64,000 bases of DNA from Deinococcales bacterium (GTDB taxonomy: Bacteria > Deinococcota > Deinococci > Deinococcales > JAAFIG01), in the NCBI GenBank assembly GCA_043778225.1, contig JAYWGM010000094.1, forward strand, positions 32,001 through 96,000, given 5' to 3'. Below the pieces are notes generated by a model. It had not been told where the DNA came from, did not search any database, and worked only from the letters and a program-made list of their open reading frames with translations. The translations under genes and the position numbers were made by a program. This document shows, in pieces, positions 9,196-17,969 of this stretch. The stretch's first letter is position 1. Each line of letters begins with the position of its first letter.

Positions 9196-9819
9196 TTAAA
9201 CTGCCCAGTACGAATCCCCAGCACAAGACTGACACAGGACTTTGCCGCCTTGCAGCACTTCACGACCATTGAGAATTTCTTCAAAACACGTTTCGCAAGT
9301 GACTCGAGCGCCAGCCTGTGAAATCAGTCGCTCGAGTGAAAAAGTCAGGTTCACTGCTTGCAGCACCAATAATTCTGAATCTGGCAAAACCTTGTATCCC
9401 TCGAGGTAGGCGCTCCATTTGGAAAGGTAGGGAAATAAAGCTCTGGCATTGGCTCGAGCCTCAGGGTGCGGTGCAATTCGGATTGCCAAACTCGAGCGGG
9501 TGTCTATAAAGGTTGCTGCGACCTTGCCGTAATCCATTAAGCGCAGGGTGCGCCGCCCAAGCCAGCAGCCAGTTGCCACGCTCAGACCATCGGCAAAGCA
9601 ACCATCGGTTTCGGTCAGAACCAGCAAGCGCTTATCGGAACGGGGTAACTCGAGACCCAGCCTCTGACCTGCCAAAAGCCCCATCCGAGCGCCCAGCACT
9701 TGGCGTGGGCAGATGTGGCGGTGTAATTTGCCAGATTGCTCGAGCATGGCGTTTAGGTCTTGATTTTTATTGGTTTGAGAGTTGGGTGAGGTAAGCCCCA
9801 CCCCTACGGAATTATTCAT
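9196..9819 (-). CDS. FmdE-family protein with C-terminal zinc finger
   Basis: HRHICP..VLG.R, ETDGCFADG, C..C..E...C..C; true start may be later (9747). Confidence 0.9.
   Translation of the reverse strand: MNNSVGVGLTSPNSQTNKNQDLNAMLEQSGKLHRHICPRQVLGARMGLLAGQRLGLELPRSDKRLLVLTETDGCFADGLSVATGCWLGRRTLRLMDYGKVAATFIDTRSSLAIRIAPHPEARANARALFPYLSKWSAYLEGYKVLPDSELLVLQAVNLTFSLERLISQAGARVTCETCFEEILNGREVLQGGKVLCQSCAGDSYWAV
9784..9807 (-). repeat. GTAG-type REP-like hairpin
   Basis: GTAGGGGTGGGGCTTACCTCACCC on minus strand. Confidence 0.6.
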
Positions 9820-9829
9820 GATTGATCGC

Positions 9830-11296
9830 TTATGACTCTGGCGCTTTACGTTTTTGCAGTGCCATCACACGTTGCGCCACGACTTCGATTGCACCTTCGA
9901 CAGCAGCATCGAGGCTTTCTCCGTCTATGACCGGTACGCCAACGGCTCGAGCCAAGCGCTCAACATATTCTTGGAGGTTGCGAATGTCCTCAAAATGCTC
10001 GAGGTAACGCTGCATTGGGCGGTGCTTATTGGTTTCGGCATCTCGAGAATAAAAACGTTGGCGGTGTGTATCTGCCGAGTGAATCGCCACGACCATTGGC
10101 ACGACAATCACATTTTCAAATAAATCCACTGGTAAATAGCCCGGAACAATGTGTGCGCCCTCAATAATCATGGTGCTGTGTTCTTTCGAGGCACGTTCGA
10201 TGATGGCTCGCACCCCCACCGAAACTTGTTTTACTTGGTCACGAAAACCATCCAGCAGTTGTTCTCGAGTTGGCTTGATGTGCTGCCGACCACCACCACG
10301 CTTAAATTGGGCTTCTTCGATTGGCTCGAGGGTTGCTGTCCAAGCATCAAAGGTACTCGAGTGCAGGGCGGGCAGGAGTTCTTTACTGACCATGGCTCGC
10401 ATCACTTGGCGAATAGAATCCGAGGATTCGACCCGAGTAATCCCCAAGCGGTAGCCAATTTCGGCTGCCAGCACGCTTTTACCTGTGCCGGTCACACCGC
10501 CAATCAGAATTAAAATCGGTTTTTCTGGACGGCGAATCGAGCGCAACAAAACATAGCGCCGTGCCACTTCTTCGCCAGCTTCGGCAGTCAAAGCTGTGGC
10601 AACAATTTTACGCACCCGATCTCGAGTCACCACCAGTTCGTTTTGCTCGAGCAAGTCTAACTCAATTTCTCGAGCAATCTGATGTGCCAAAGCTGGGTTT
10701 AAGCCCGTTGCCATCAGGCTTTGCGCCAGAATTCCCTTAGAAAACGGAAAACTTACGCCATCGTCATCCTCGAGAACCATCACTTGGGTGGCTCGTTGGT
10801 AGCGCTCTAAATAGGCATCTTTGCGGTCTTCACCGTAGACCCGCATGATTTCCTCGAGCGTGATGTTTTCTAAACTGGCGCGAGAAATTTCTGAAATACC
10901 AGAAACCCGCAGTTGTTTTTCGAGGTCTTTGGCAAAACCAAAGGCATCCTTAATTGGAATTCCTGCCAGTTCCAGGCTTCTGGAGAGTAAACCTTTACTA
11001 AACGGAATGGTGCGTTCGCCATCACGCACAATCACATCCTCGAAAGCTGTGGTTTGGCGCTCGAGTTTCTGAGCCGCCGCCACACCCAAAACGCTTTGGG
11101 TTTCCTCGAGAATAATTTCTTTGAGCGTTTGTGGGTCAATCATTTTGAGTTTTTTGTCCACCAAACTCTGCTCGACCCGCCGCGCAATCACCATGGCTGA
11201 TTCACGGGCAATATCGGCATTGAGTAAGGATTCGACTACTAAGCCCTTGGAGAAAAAGAAATCGTGACCCCCACTTGAAACATGAATCTCGCGCAT
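9830..11296 (-). CDS. ATP-cone repeat / 2-phosphoglycerate kinase-like protein
   Basis: Three (F/P)FSKG ATP-cone repeats plus GGVTGTGKS P-loop and IIEGAH; TACAAT-N6-ATG start at 11296. Confidence 0.85.
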   Translation of the reverse strand: MREIHVSSGGHDFFFSKGLVVESLLNADIARESAMVIARRVEQSLVDKKLKMIDPQTLKEIILEETQSVLGVAAAQKLERQTTAFEDVIVRDGERTIPFSKGLLSRSLELAGIPIKDAFGFAKDLEKQLRVSGISEISRASLENITLEEIMRVYGEDRKDAYLERYQRATQVMVLEDDDGVSFPFSKGILAQSLMATGLNPALAHQIAREIELDLLEQNELVVTRDRVRKIVATALTAEAGEEVARRYVLLRSIRRPEKPILILIGGVTGTGKSVLAAEIGYRLGITRVESSDSIRQVMRAMVSKELLPALHSSTFDAWTATLEPIEEAQFKRGGGRQHIKPTREQLLDGFRDQVKQVSVGVRAIIERASKEHSTMIIEGAHIVPGYLPVDLFENVIVVPMVVAIHSADTHRQRFYSRDAETNKHRPMQRYLEHFEDIRNLQEYVERLARAVGVPVIDGESLDAAVEGAIEVVAQRVMALQKRKAPES

Positions 11297-11322
11297 AAAG
11301 CTATTGTATACATACTTGGGCG

Positions 11323-11763
11323 TTAGAAATGGATTTGCCGATAAACCAGATACGCCAGTAAACACGTCTTGACCGACCAAGCAATGGTGCGAATCCAGTT
11401 GCTCGAGACTAAAATCTGGTGCGCCTGTGCATTAAAGCCAGCACTCAAAATACTGTGTTGTGGCACTTGCAAAAAAAACGTACTCAGCCACACCACACCA
11501 ACCAAAACAGCACAGACCCAAGGACACCAAAATGGCACTTCTTTGAGGCTCGAGCCAAGAAAAAGACCAGACAAGACCAACTCGAGCAGCATTGGCACAA
11601 GCACAATCCCCGAGATTCTTAGCGAGTGCGCCGCTTCAAAAGCACTAAAGTTAGCGCGGTCTGCCATCTCAAAAAGTGGATAATGCACCACTTGAATTGT
11701 CCAGATAAGACCCGTCAGGTACGCCCCGACAACCAGATTTGCCAGCAGTACAAGTTTGTCCAT
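11323..11763 (-). CDS. Conserved 4-TM membrane protein
   Basis: GLIWTIQVVHYPLF, QVPQH..L, NWIRT..W; start refined to MDKLV. Confidence 0.75.
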   Translation of the reverse strand: MDKLVLLANLVVGAYLTGLIWTIQVVHYPLFEMADRANFSAFEAAHSLRISGIVLVPMLLELVLSGLFLGSSLKEVPFWCPWVCAVLVGVVWLSTFFLQVPQHSILSAGFNAQAHQILVSSNWIRTIAWSVKTCLLAYLVYRQIHF

Positions 11764-11837
11764 GATTTCAAAATACGTTCTTGGTAGGAAGGATTCAAGG
11801 GCGAACACGACGTTTTGAGCAGATGGTGGTTTTTTTG

Positions 11838-11875
11838 CTCGAGACACGCTTTCAGGCTTTAAGCCAAGGCTCGAG
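11838..11875 (+). repeat. CTCGAG-capped direct repeat, copy 1
   Basis: CTCGAG-ACACGCTTTCAGGCTTTAAGCCAAGG-CTCGAG. Confidence 0.9.
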
Positions 11876-11908
11876 AATGATAAGGATACAAGTACAGTCT
11901 TGAATCTA

Positions 11909-11937
11909 TTGTTATGTGTAACGATATACGTTATAAT
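11909..11937 (+). promoter_or_regulatory. Sigma70 promoter with palindromic TA operator
   Basis: TTGTTA-N17-TATAAT, with TAACG-N5-CGTTA palindrome; ATG follows at 11943. Confidence 0.7.
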
Positions 11938-11942
11938 TCAAT

Positions 11943-12236
11943 ATGATTATCGGGTTTCGTAATTCTGGGACAGACGATATTTTTAATGGATTGGATACAA
12001 AAGCCGCTCGAGCAACCTGCCCAGAAAATATTCTTCGGGTTGCACGACGAAAACTTGACCAGATAAACCAAGCTATTGACTTACGGGATTTGTTCGCACC
12101 GCCGGGTAATCGTCTCGAGCCACTAATCGGAAATCGGTTAGGGCAACACAGTATTCGTATTAACGAGCAATTTCGGATTTGTTTTATCTGGACTCAAAAC
12201 GGTGCGACAGACGTAGAAATAACGGATTATCATTAA
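11943..12236 (+). CDS. higB: HigB/RelE plasmid-killer family toxin
   Basis: ARRKL..I...PPGNRLE.L.G...GQHSIRIN.QFRICF.W...DVEITDYH. Confidence 0.93.
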   Translation: MIIGFRNSGTDDIFNGLDTKAARATCPENILRVARRKLDQINQAIDLRDLFAPPGNRLEPLIGNRLGQHSIRINEQFRICFIWTQNGATDVEITDYH

Positions 12237-12257
12237 GCAAAAAAATAAGGAGTTAAA

Positions 12258-12566
12258 ATGCGAATTCCAACCAACCGAACCCCAACCCATCCAGGCGAAA
12301 TGTTACTCGAGGATTTTCTTGTGCCACTCGGCATGACCCAACAAGATTTAGCCCAGCGATTACACGTTTCTTATCCACGAATTAACGAATTAATTCATGG
12401 TAAACGTGGTGTAACTCCAGATACAGCTTTGCGTTTAGCCAAATTATTTGGCACAAGCCCTGAGTTTTGGTTAAACGGGCAATTGGCATGGGATTTATTT
12501 CAAGCCATGCACTCAGCAAAAATGCTTGGAGTGGCAGAAATCCAGCCGCTCGAGCAGATGGCTTAG
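12258..12566 (+). CDS. higA: HigA (VapI) antitoxin
   Basis: HPGEML.EDFL..., RG.TPDTALRL..., FWLN.Q..WDL. Confidence 0.93.
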   Translation: MRIPTNRTPTHPGEMLLEDFLVPLGMTQQDLAQRLHVSYPRINELIHGKRGVTPDTALRLAKLFGTSPEFWLNGQLAWDLFQAMHSAKMLGVAEIQPLEQMA

Positions 12567-12569
12567 TTA

Positions 12570-12605
12570 CTCGAGACACGCCAAAGGCATAAGCCGAGGC
12601 TCGAG
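12570..12605 (+). repeat. CTCGAG-capped direct repeat, copy 2
   Basis: CTCGAG-ACACGCCAAAGGCATAAGCCGAGG-CTCGAG. Confidence 0.9.
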
Positions 12606-12610
12606 TAAGT

Positions 12611-13045
12611 TTACTTCGTATCAAGCAACTGCAATACTTGTGAAATTTTCAAGACTAAAAGTTTTTCACTTGGATTCACCAAACTCTGATACAAATCTTG
12701 GGTATTTTGTGAAACCAGCCAATCGGCTTTATTTTTAATCGCAATCCCAATAATCCAATCATCATCAGCGTCAGGTGAACGTTTCCCCATTCGACGATTA
12801 GCAACAAAGACCGCCCGTTGTCGCAAAATCAGCAACAAATCCTCTAAATCTTCGAGTGCAATGTATTGTCGTGCATCTCGAGTTTGAAAATACTGTTGCA
12901 CAACCCCAATCAACTCTTCGATTTGCAAAGCCGATGTCAGCAGCACAAAACGTTTCATTCGCCAAAAGTACATTAGGCGTTTTGCGCCAACACCACCGAG
13001 CAAAAACGAAACGTAAACATTGGTGTCAAAAACGACTTGGAGCAT
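12611..13045 (-). CDS. PIN-domain (VapC/PIN_3-like) toxin
   Basis: VVFDTNV, E.L, D.DD.., VS.N..DL. Confidence 0.9.
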   Translation of the reverse strand: MLQVVFDTNVYVSFLLGGVGAKRLMYFWRMKRFVLLTSALQIEELIGVVQQYFQTRDARQYIALEDLEDLLLILRQRAVFVANRRMGKRSPDADDDWIIGIAIKNKADWLVSQNTQDLYQSLVNPSEKLLVLKISQVLQLLDTK

Positions 13046-13260
13046 TAACCACGACGATAATTTTGCACAGCCATTACTGCTAACATATCGGCTTCGTCAT
13101 CAGGCATGGAATCTTTACCCATCAGACGGTCAAAAGCAGCTTCGGTCTTAGCGATAACCAACAATCTTTCTATGGCTTGGGAAGTGTTAAGCCCATACTG
13201 CATTTGATACGCCTCGAGTTGAGAAGCAATTGGTTGCTCGAGTTGAAGAGTTCGTAACAT
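13045..13260 (-). CDS. Putative antitoxin
   Basis: Small ORF translationally coupled to PIN gene; TACAAT-N6-ATG start at 13260. Confidence 0.7.
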   Translation of the reverse strand: MLRTLQLEQPIASQLEAYQMQYGLNTSQAIERLLVIAKTEAAFDRLMGKDSMPDDEADMLAVMAVQNYRRG

Positions 13261-13283
13261 ATGGGCATTGTAGCAGAGTTTTA

Positions 13284-13320
13284 CTCGAGACACGCCAAAG
13301 GCTTTAAGCCAAGGCTCGAG
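13284..13320 (+). repeat. CTCGAG-capped direct repeat, copy 3
   Basis: CTCGAG-ACACGCCAAAGGCTTTAAGCCAAGG-CTCGAG. Confidence 0.9.
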
Positions 13321-13372
13321 AATAGTGTGAGGGATGAGAATATGGTTGAAAAGATTGAGGTTAGGCTGTCTA

Positions 13373-13780
13373 TCAGGTAAAAGAGATATTATTTTTTGTT
13401 AGCACCCTCTTTAATTCACTTTCTAGTAGCGCCCTATTTTCGTATAACGCAATTATGAAAAAACCACTTTTGCTTTGATTAGTTTTTGTACAATACAAAG
13501 CGTCTGATTTATCTTCAAAACCGTCAACTTGAATAACATTGGTGAAAAACACTTTTCTTTTGAAAATTAATGTTCTAATTGCAATATAATCATCATGTAT
13601 CTCAAGGGTGTTAGTCAAAATTGTGCTGCAACCAATTATAGTTGCAAAAATACCTAAAGGAATCATGTGATCAACTTGAGTAGAATCAGCAGTGAAATAG
13701 TAAATACTGCCACCTAAAGTAATAACTAGAGTCAAAAAAAAGAAGAAAATCTTCACTGATTTTTTAGGGCTAAATTTCAC
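13373..13780 (-). CDS. Hypothetical 2-TM membrane protein (AT-rich, possibly bPH-like)
   Basis: Two TM helices then a beta-rich domain; visibly AT-rich. Confidence 0.65.
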   Translation of the reverse strand: MKFSPKKSVKIFFFFLTLVITLGGSIYYFTADSTQVDHMIPLGIFATIIGCSTILTNTLEIHDDYIAIRTLIFKRKVFFTNVIQVDGFEDKSDALYCTKTNQSKSGFFIIALYENRALLESELKRVLTKNNISFT

Positions 13781-13835
13781 TTATTGCTCCTAGAGTTGCC
13801 TTGGGTGGGAATTTACCCACCCATTCCAAATTATT

Positions 13836-15110
13836 TTATTTCTTCGCAGCCTCGAGTATCACGCTCTCGAGAACATCGGCGGCAAATTTGGCATCTTCGG
13901 CTGTCAGCACAAGCGGCGGCGCGAGGCGTATGGCGTGGCTGCCAGCGCCAAGTAATATCAAGCCTTTCTCGAGGGCAAGTTTTTGTACCATATCGCGCAT
14001 TTCTGGGTTCTCGAGCTTAGAAGTGGCATCTTTGACAAATTCGAGTCCAATCATTAAACCGCGTCCGCGCACATCGCCGAGTTCTGGCACTCGAGCTTGC
14101 ACGGCTTTCATGCGCTCAAGCAAATACGCGCCTTGCACATTGGCATTTTCCATTGCGCCATTCTCGAGAACATCCAGTGTGGCTAGGGCGGCGGCGCTCG
14201 AGACGGGGTTGCCGCCAAAAGTTGTGCCGTGTGCGCCCGGTCCCCAAGTTGAAATGCTGTCTTTGAACATCACCGCGCTAATTGGGTAGCCACTTGCCAA
14301 GCCTTTTGCCAGTACCACAATGTCTGGCTTGACGTTATCGGCTTCACAAGCTAGGAATTGCCCAGTGCGCCCAACGCCTGTTTGCACTTCATCGGCAACC
14401 AACAAAATTCCGTGTTTGTCGCAGACTTCGCGCAGTTGGCGCATAAATCCGACGGGTGGCACAATGTAGCCGCCTTCGCCTTGGATTGGTTCGACAAAAA
14501 TCGCGGCGACTTCTTCGGCTGGGGTGGTGTGCTTAAATAAATACTCGAGATGCTCGAGTACCATTTGGCTGGTGCGCGGGTATTTATATGGCTGTGGGTA
14601 CGGTGCATGAAACACACCCGGCACGAGGTTGCCAAAGCCTTTGCGGTACTTAGACACACTAGCGGTTAGGCTTAACGCGCCCATGCTGCGCCCGTGGAAA
14701 CTGCCTGTGAACGCAATGTAGTACGGGCGTTTGGTGTGATACCGTGCTAATTTCATGGCGGCTTCGATGCCTTCTGTGCCAGAATTGCCAAAGAAAACAC
14801 GATAATCCTCACCGACGTGTTTTTTGAGGCGTTCGGCAAGTTCAATCTGAGGCTCGGAAGCAAAGACCGCAAAGCACAAATGCTGCACTTTGGCAGCTTG
14901 TTCTTGGACAGCTTTGACCACGGCTGGGTGAGCGTATCCCGTGGTATTAACGGCAATTCCAGCCATCATGTCTAAAAATTTATTGCCGTCTAAGTCGGTC
15001 AGCCAGCAGCCCTCTCCGTGCGATACAACCATCGGAAAAGAGACTGCATTGGAGGTGCTTAAAGAATTGGCATAACGTTCGAGTATTGCTTTTGATTTGG
15101 TAAAATCCAT
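13836..15110 (-). CDS. Class III PLP aminotransferase (ArgD/GabT-like)
   Basis: NSGTE, FHGR, EPIQGEGG, DEVQTG.GRTG, AKGL, GTTFGGNP. Confidence 0.95.
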   Translation of the reverse strand: MDFTKSKAILERYANSLSTSNAVSFPMVVSHGEGCWLTDLDGNKFLDMMAGIAVNTTGYAHPAVVKAVQEQAAKVQHLCFAVFASEPQIELAERLKKHVGEDYRVFFGNSGTEGIEAAMKLARYHTKRPYYIAFTGSFHGRSMGALSLTASVSKYRKGFGNLVPGVFHAPYPQPYKYPRTSQMVLEHLEYLFKHTTPAEEVAAIFVEPIQGEGGYIVPPVGFMRQLREVCDKHGILLVADEVQTGVGRTGQFLACEADNVKPDIVVLAKGLASGYPISAVMFKDSISTWGPGAHGTTFGGNPVSSAAALATLDVLENGAMENANVQGAYLLERMKAVQARVPELGDVRGRGLMIGLEFVKDATSKLENPEMRDMVQKLALEKGLILLGAGSHAIRLAPPLVLTAEDAKFAADVLESVILEAAKK

Positions 15111-15282
15111 GAGAAAACCGCCTTTGTAAACCCGAGTAGCCTCGAGCCGAGAGAATTAGAAACGAGGAGGCAGTGGTTCATTGGCGGGTCTATTGAACCG
15201 CTCGTGCCACTGAAACCCGCGCCTAATCGTAGCGACCTCATCAGCTAAATTGTACTCGAGAAAACGTTAAAACGTAACCCCG

Positions 15283-16164
15283 TTAGCGGCTGACCAAGGT
15301 TTTAATCGCTCGAGTGGCGTTGTTGGTGTTTGGCACAGGATAATCTGGGTCGCCTTGTTGGTCGTCTGGGCGCACAAAAACCCTCGAGTCCACTTCGATT
15401 GGCATCGGTGGGCGCAGTTTTTCACGCCTTGGCTTAGCGGGAATACCATAAGCAATCGTGTGTGGTTCGATGTCTTTGGTCACGACGCTCATTGTGCCAA
15501 CAATCGCATCATCGGAAATCGTGCTGCCCGCCAAAATAGTCGAGTGGTAGGTGATTCTTGCGCCAGCCCCAATCGTGGTGTGCTTTAAGGTCACATCGCT
15601 GGTCTCGAGTGGGCTATGGGTGTGGCTATAAATGTTGGCATAATCAGAAACCGAAACATGGCTGTGCAGCGTCACACCGCCGATGTCGTCTATAAAGACA
15701 TTGCGGTGCAGGGTTACGTCATCACCAACACTGAGGTTATAACCAACACTCAATTGCACCCCCGGAAAAATCTTGACGTTTTTGCCGCAACGCAAAAAAA
15801 TATGCTGTGCTAAAACCCGCCTAAAAGCAATTCCAAACGCCATATTATGCGCCGCAGGGCTGAGGTCGAAATTGTACCAGAGCCATAAAAGCGGTTTAAC
15901 TTTGGCGAACTTTACTTTGTCCAAGATTTGGTAATGCTCTGCCTCGAGCAAGATATTATTCGGGTCTAAGTTGAGTGCCACCCACGGCAAACGTGCCTCG
16001 AGTTCGGGATAGGTTGTACCGTATAAAAACTGAGCGAGTAATTCACGACACAACAAAGCGCGGTTGGTGTTTGCATCGGATAGTTTTGCGGTTAAGTCCT
16101 GCAAATAAGTATCGAATGCACTAGAAGCGCTTTGGGTGATGTGTCGAGTCTCGAGCCAAGCCAT
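15283..16164 (-). CDS. Hexapeptide-repeat acyltransferase
   Basis: Left-handed beta-helix repeats, G.PAK ending. Confidence 0.85.
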   Translation of the reverse strand: MAWLETRHITQSASSAFDTYLQDLTAKLSDANTNRALLCRELLAQFLYGTTYPELEARLPWVALNLDPNNILLEAEHYQILDKVKFAKVKPLLWLWYNFDLSPAAHNMAFGIAFRRVLAQHIFLRCGKNVKIFPGVQLSVGYNLSVGDDVTLHRNVFIDDIGGVTLHSHVSVSDYANIYSHTHSPLETSDVTLKHTTIGAGARITYHSTILAGSTISDDAIVGTMSVVTKDIEPHTIAYGIPAKPRREKLRPPMPIEVDSRVFVRPDDQQGDPDYPVPNTNNATRAIKTLVSR

Positions 16165-16281
16165 GCGGTTAGCTTACGGAATTTACTTGGCAACTCGAGT
16201 ATTGAAGGTAACGCAGCCAAAGAAATCTCCAGCATAAAGTTTCTCATGGTCGTTTTTAGGATTTAAGTGCATACTAAACCC

Positions 16282-16980
16282 ATGAGACGATTTATTGTTG
16301 CTGTGGTGTTTTTGGGTTCGCTGACTTTTGCTCAGGAAGGCTTTATCTCGAGTTACCACCCATATCCGAGCGCCAAAAAAATTGCGTTGCGAAACTGCAT
16401 CAATAATGCCACTGGTTTTGTCTGTCCACACGGACGGGTCTTGGTGCGTCGCACTGCACAAGGCGAGCAAATTGTGAATCTAGATTTATTTGGGCGGCGC
16501 TACCCAATTCGTTTTGCAACCATGCCGAGTTTTGTCTCGAGTGTCTGGCAAGCCGACCTCAATTTAGACCGCAAAGCCGACATGATTATTAAATTAAACT
16601 GGGGCGGCAATGGTATTATTGCCGATGGTAACCTGACCGTTTTTGCGCTCTCGAGTACAAGTGGTTACAAGCTAACCACCATCAATACCATTACTTTTGA
16701 CCCGAACGCCCTGATTTATTTGCGTGGCAAGCCGACCATTCTGCACACTGCTTTGGTGGGTGTCACTTTTCCTAGCAGTAAAAAATTTGCCGAGCGCAAC
16801 CATAACTATTGGGTTTTTCATCCGCTCGAGATTCGCGGTGCTAGACTCTCTAAAAACCAAGCTGCCACTTGGGTGCAGTACACCTACATACCAAGTCATC
16901 GGGCTGCCCGCTTAACCAAGACTCAAAAAAGTACAGCCTTGCGGCTCGAGCCAATTCAATTTTTTGAAACGATGAAATAA
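16282..16980 (+). CDS. Hypothetical secreted protein
   Basis: Signal peptide MRRFIVAVVFLGSLTFA; ADLNLDRKAD FG-GAP-like loop. Confidence 0.65.
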   Translation: MRRFIVAVVFLGSLTFAQEGFISSYHPYPSAKKIALRNCINNATGFVCPHGRVLVRRTAQGEQIVNLDLFGRRYPIRFATMPSFVSSVWQADLNLDRKADMIIKLNWGGNGIIADGNLTVFALSSTSGYKLTTINTITFDPNALIYLRGKPTILHTALVGVTFPSSKKFAERNHNYWVFHPLEIRGARLSKNQAATWVQYTYIPSHRAARLTKTQKSTALRLEPIQFFETMK

Positions 16981-16991
16981 GGACTCCAGTC

Positions 16992-17888
16992 ATGGTAGTT
17001 TTAGGCACTGTGCTGAACTTTATGCGCCGCGCTTGGACTCCTCCGGTCACCCAAATAGACCTTGAGCGAGCCTTGAAGCAACTTGGTCTAAACAACCAAA
17101 CCCCACTGATTGTTCACTCGAGTTTATCGAGCCTTGGCAACATGATTGGCGGCGCAAAAAGTGTCCTCAACGCCCTCGGGCGCTACTCGAGTACCTTGGT
17201 GATGCCCACTTTTACTTATTACACTTTGGTCTGGCCTGCCGCTTATCGCAACGAAGATTGGCCCATCTCACCCGGCGAGGATGGACCACCGTTTCGTCCA
17301 GACAGCCCTGTCTCGAGAGACATCGGACGAATCCCACAAGTCTTTCTCGAGCAAGCCGGCGTGCTTCGCAGTCAGCACCCGACCCTTTCTTTTGGCGCTC
17401 GCGGAGACGATGCTGCCCTGATTTTGGGGGTGCAAACCCTCGAACACCCCTATGCCCCGATTGGCGTTCTCGAGCAGCTTGATGCTTGGGTGCTGCTTTT
17501 GGGGGTAGACCACCGCAGCAACACCAGTCTGCACTACGGCGAATTTATGGCGGGTCGCCCACTTTTGGAGCGCTGGGCAAATACCAAAAATGGGATGGTA
17601 CGCACCTTCTATCCCAATTGCAGTGCTGCCTTTAATGGAATCGAAGGCAGTCTAAAAACCTTACGCAGCCTTGACTTGGGTCATGCCACGCTGCAAGTGG
17701 CTCGAGTACGCGATGTTGTGGCAGCCACAGGGCGGTTAATCAATAATCATCCAGAAGCGCTGCTGTGCAGTTACCCCAATTGCCGTTGTCAAAATGTGCG
17801 GGCAAAAATTCGCCGTGATGGCATTCGGGCAAGGCGCGACACTCGGCTCGAGGAATGGTTGGGAACACAGCAACTCGAGGCGGTATGA
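16992..17888 (+). CDS. AAC(3)/YokD-family N-acetyltransferase
   Basis: IVHSSLSSLG, LVMPTFT, RS.HP..SF, LLGV....NTSLH.GE. Confidence 0.9.
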   Translation: MVVLGTVLNFMRRAWTPPVTQIDLERALKQLGLNNQTPLIVHSSLSSLGNMIGGAKSVLNALGRYSSTLVMPTFTYYTLVWPAAYRNEDWPISPGEDGPPFRPDSPVSRDIGRIPQVFLEQAGVLRSQHPTLSFGARGDDAALILGVQTLEHPYAPIGVLEQLDAWVLLLGVDHRSNTSLHYGEFMAGRPLLERWANTKNGMVRTFYPNCSAAFNGIEGSLKTLRSLDLGHATLQVARVRDVVAATGRLINNHPEALLCSYPNCRCQNVRAKIRRDGIRARRDTRLEEWLGTQQLEAV

Positions 17889-17968
17889 AGCCCGAAACTC
17901 GAGGCGGCGTAAAGCCCGAAACTCGAGGCGGTATGAAGCCCAACACTCGAGGCGGCGTAAAGCCCGAA
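17873..17968 (+). repeat. 24-bp tandem repeat x4 of the gene 3' end
   Basis: ACTCGAGGCGG(TATG/CGTA)AAGCCC... at 17873, 17897, 17921, 17945. Confidence 0.95.
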
Positions 17969-17969
17969 G

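Noticed and set aside
11838..13320. Canonical integron attC array
   Set aside because: Elements are too short, lack RYYYAAC/GTTRRRY ends, and no intI is visible; kept as a non-canonical finding
15215..15250. Hammerhead ribozyme (CTGATGAG on minus strand)
   Set aside because: No suitably placed GAAA or stem II
16992..17888. Acquired aminoglycoside resistance gene
   Set aside because: Host-like composition and no mobile context; the family includes many non-resistance members
17873..17968. CRISPR array
   Set aside because: Head-to-tail repeats with no unique spacers; no cas genes in the window
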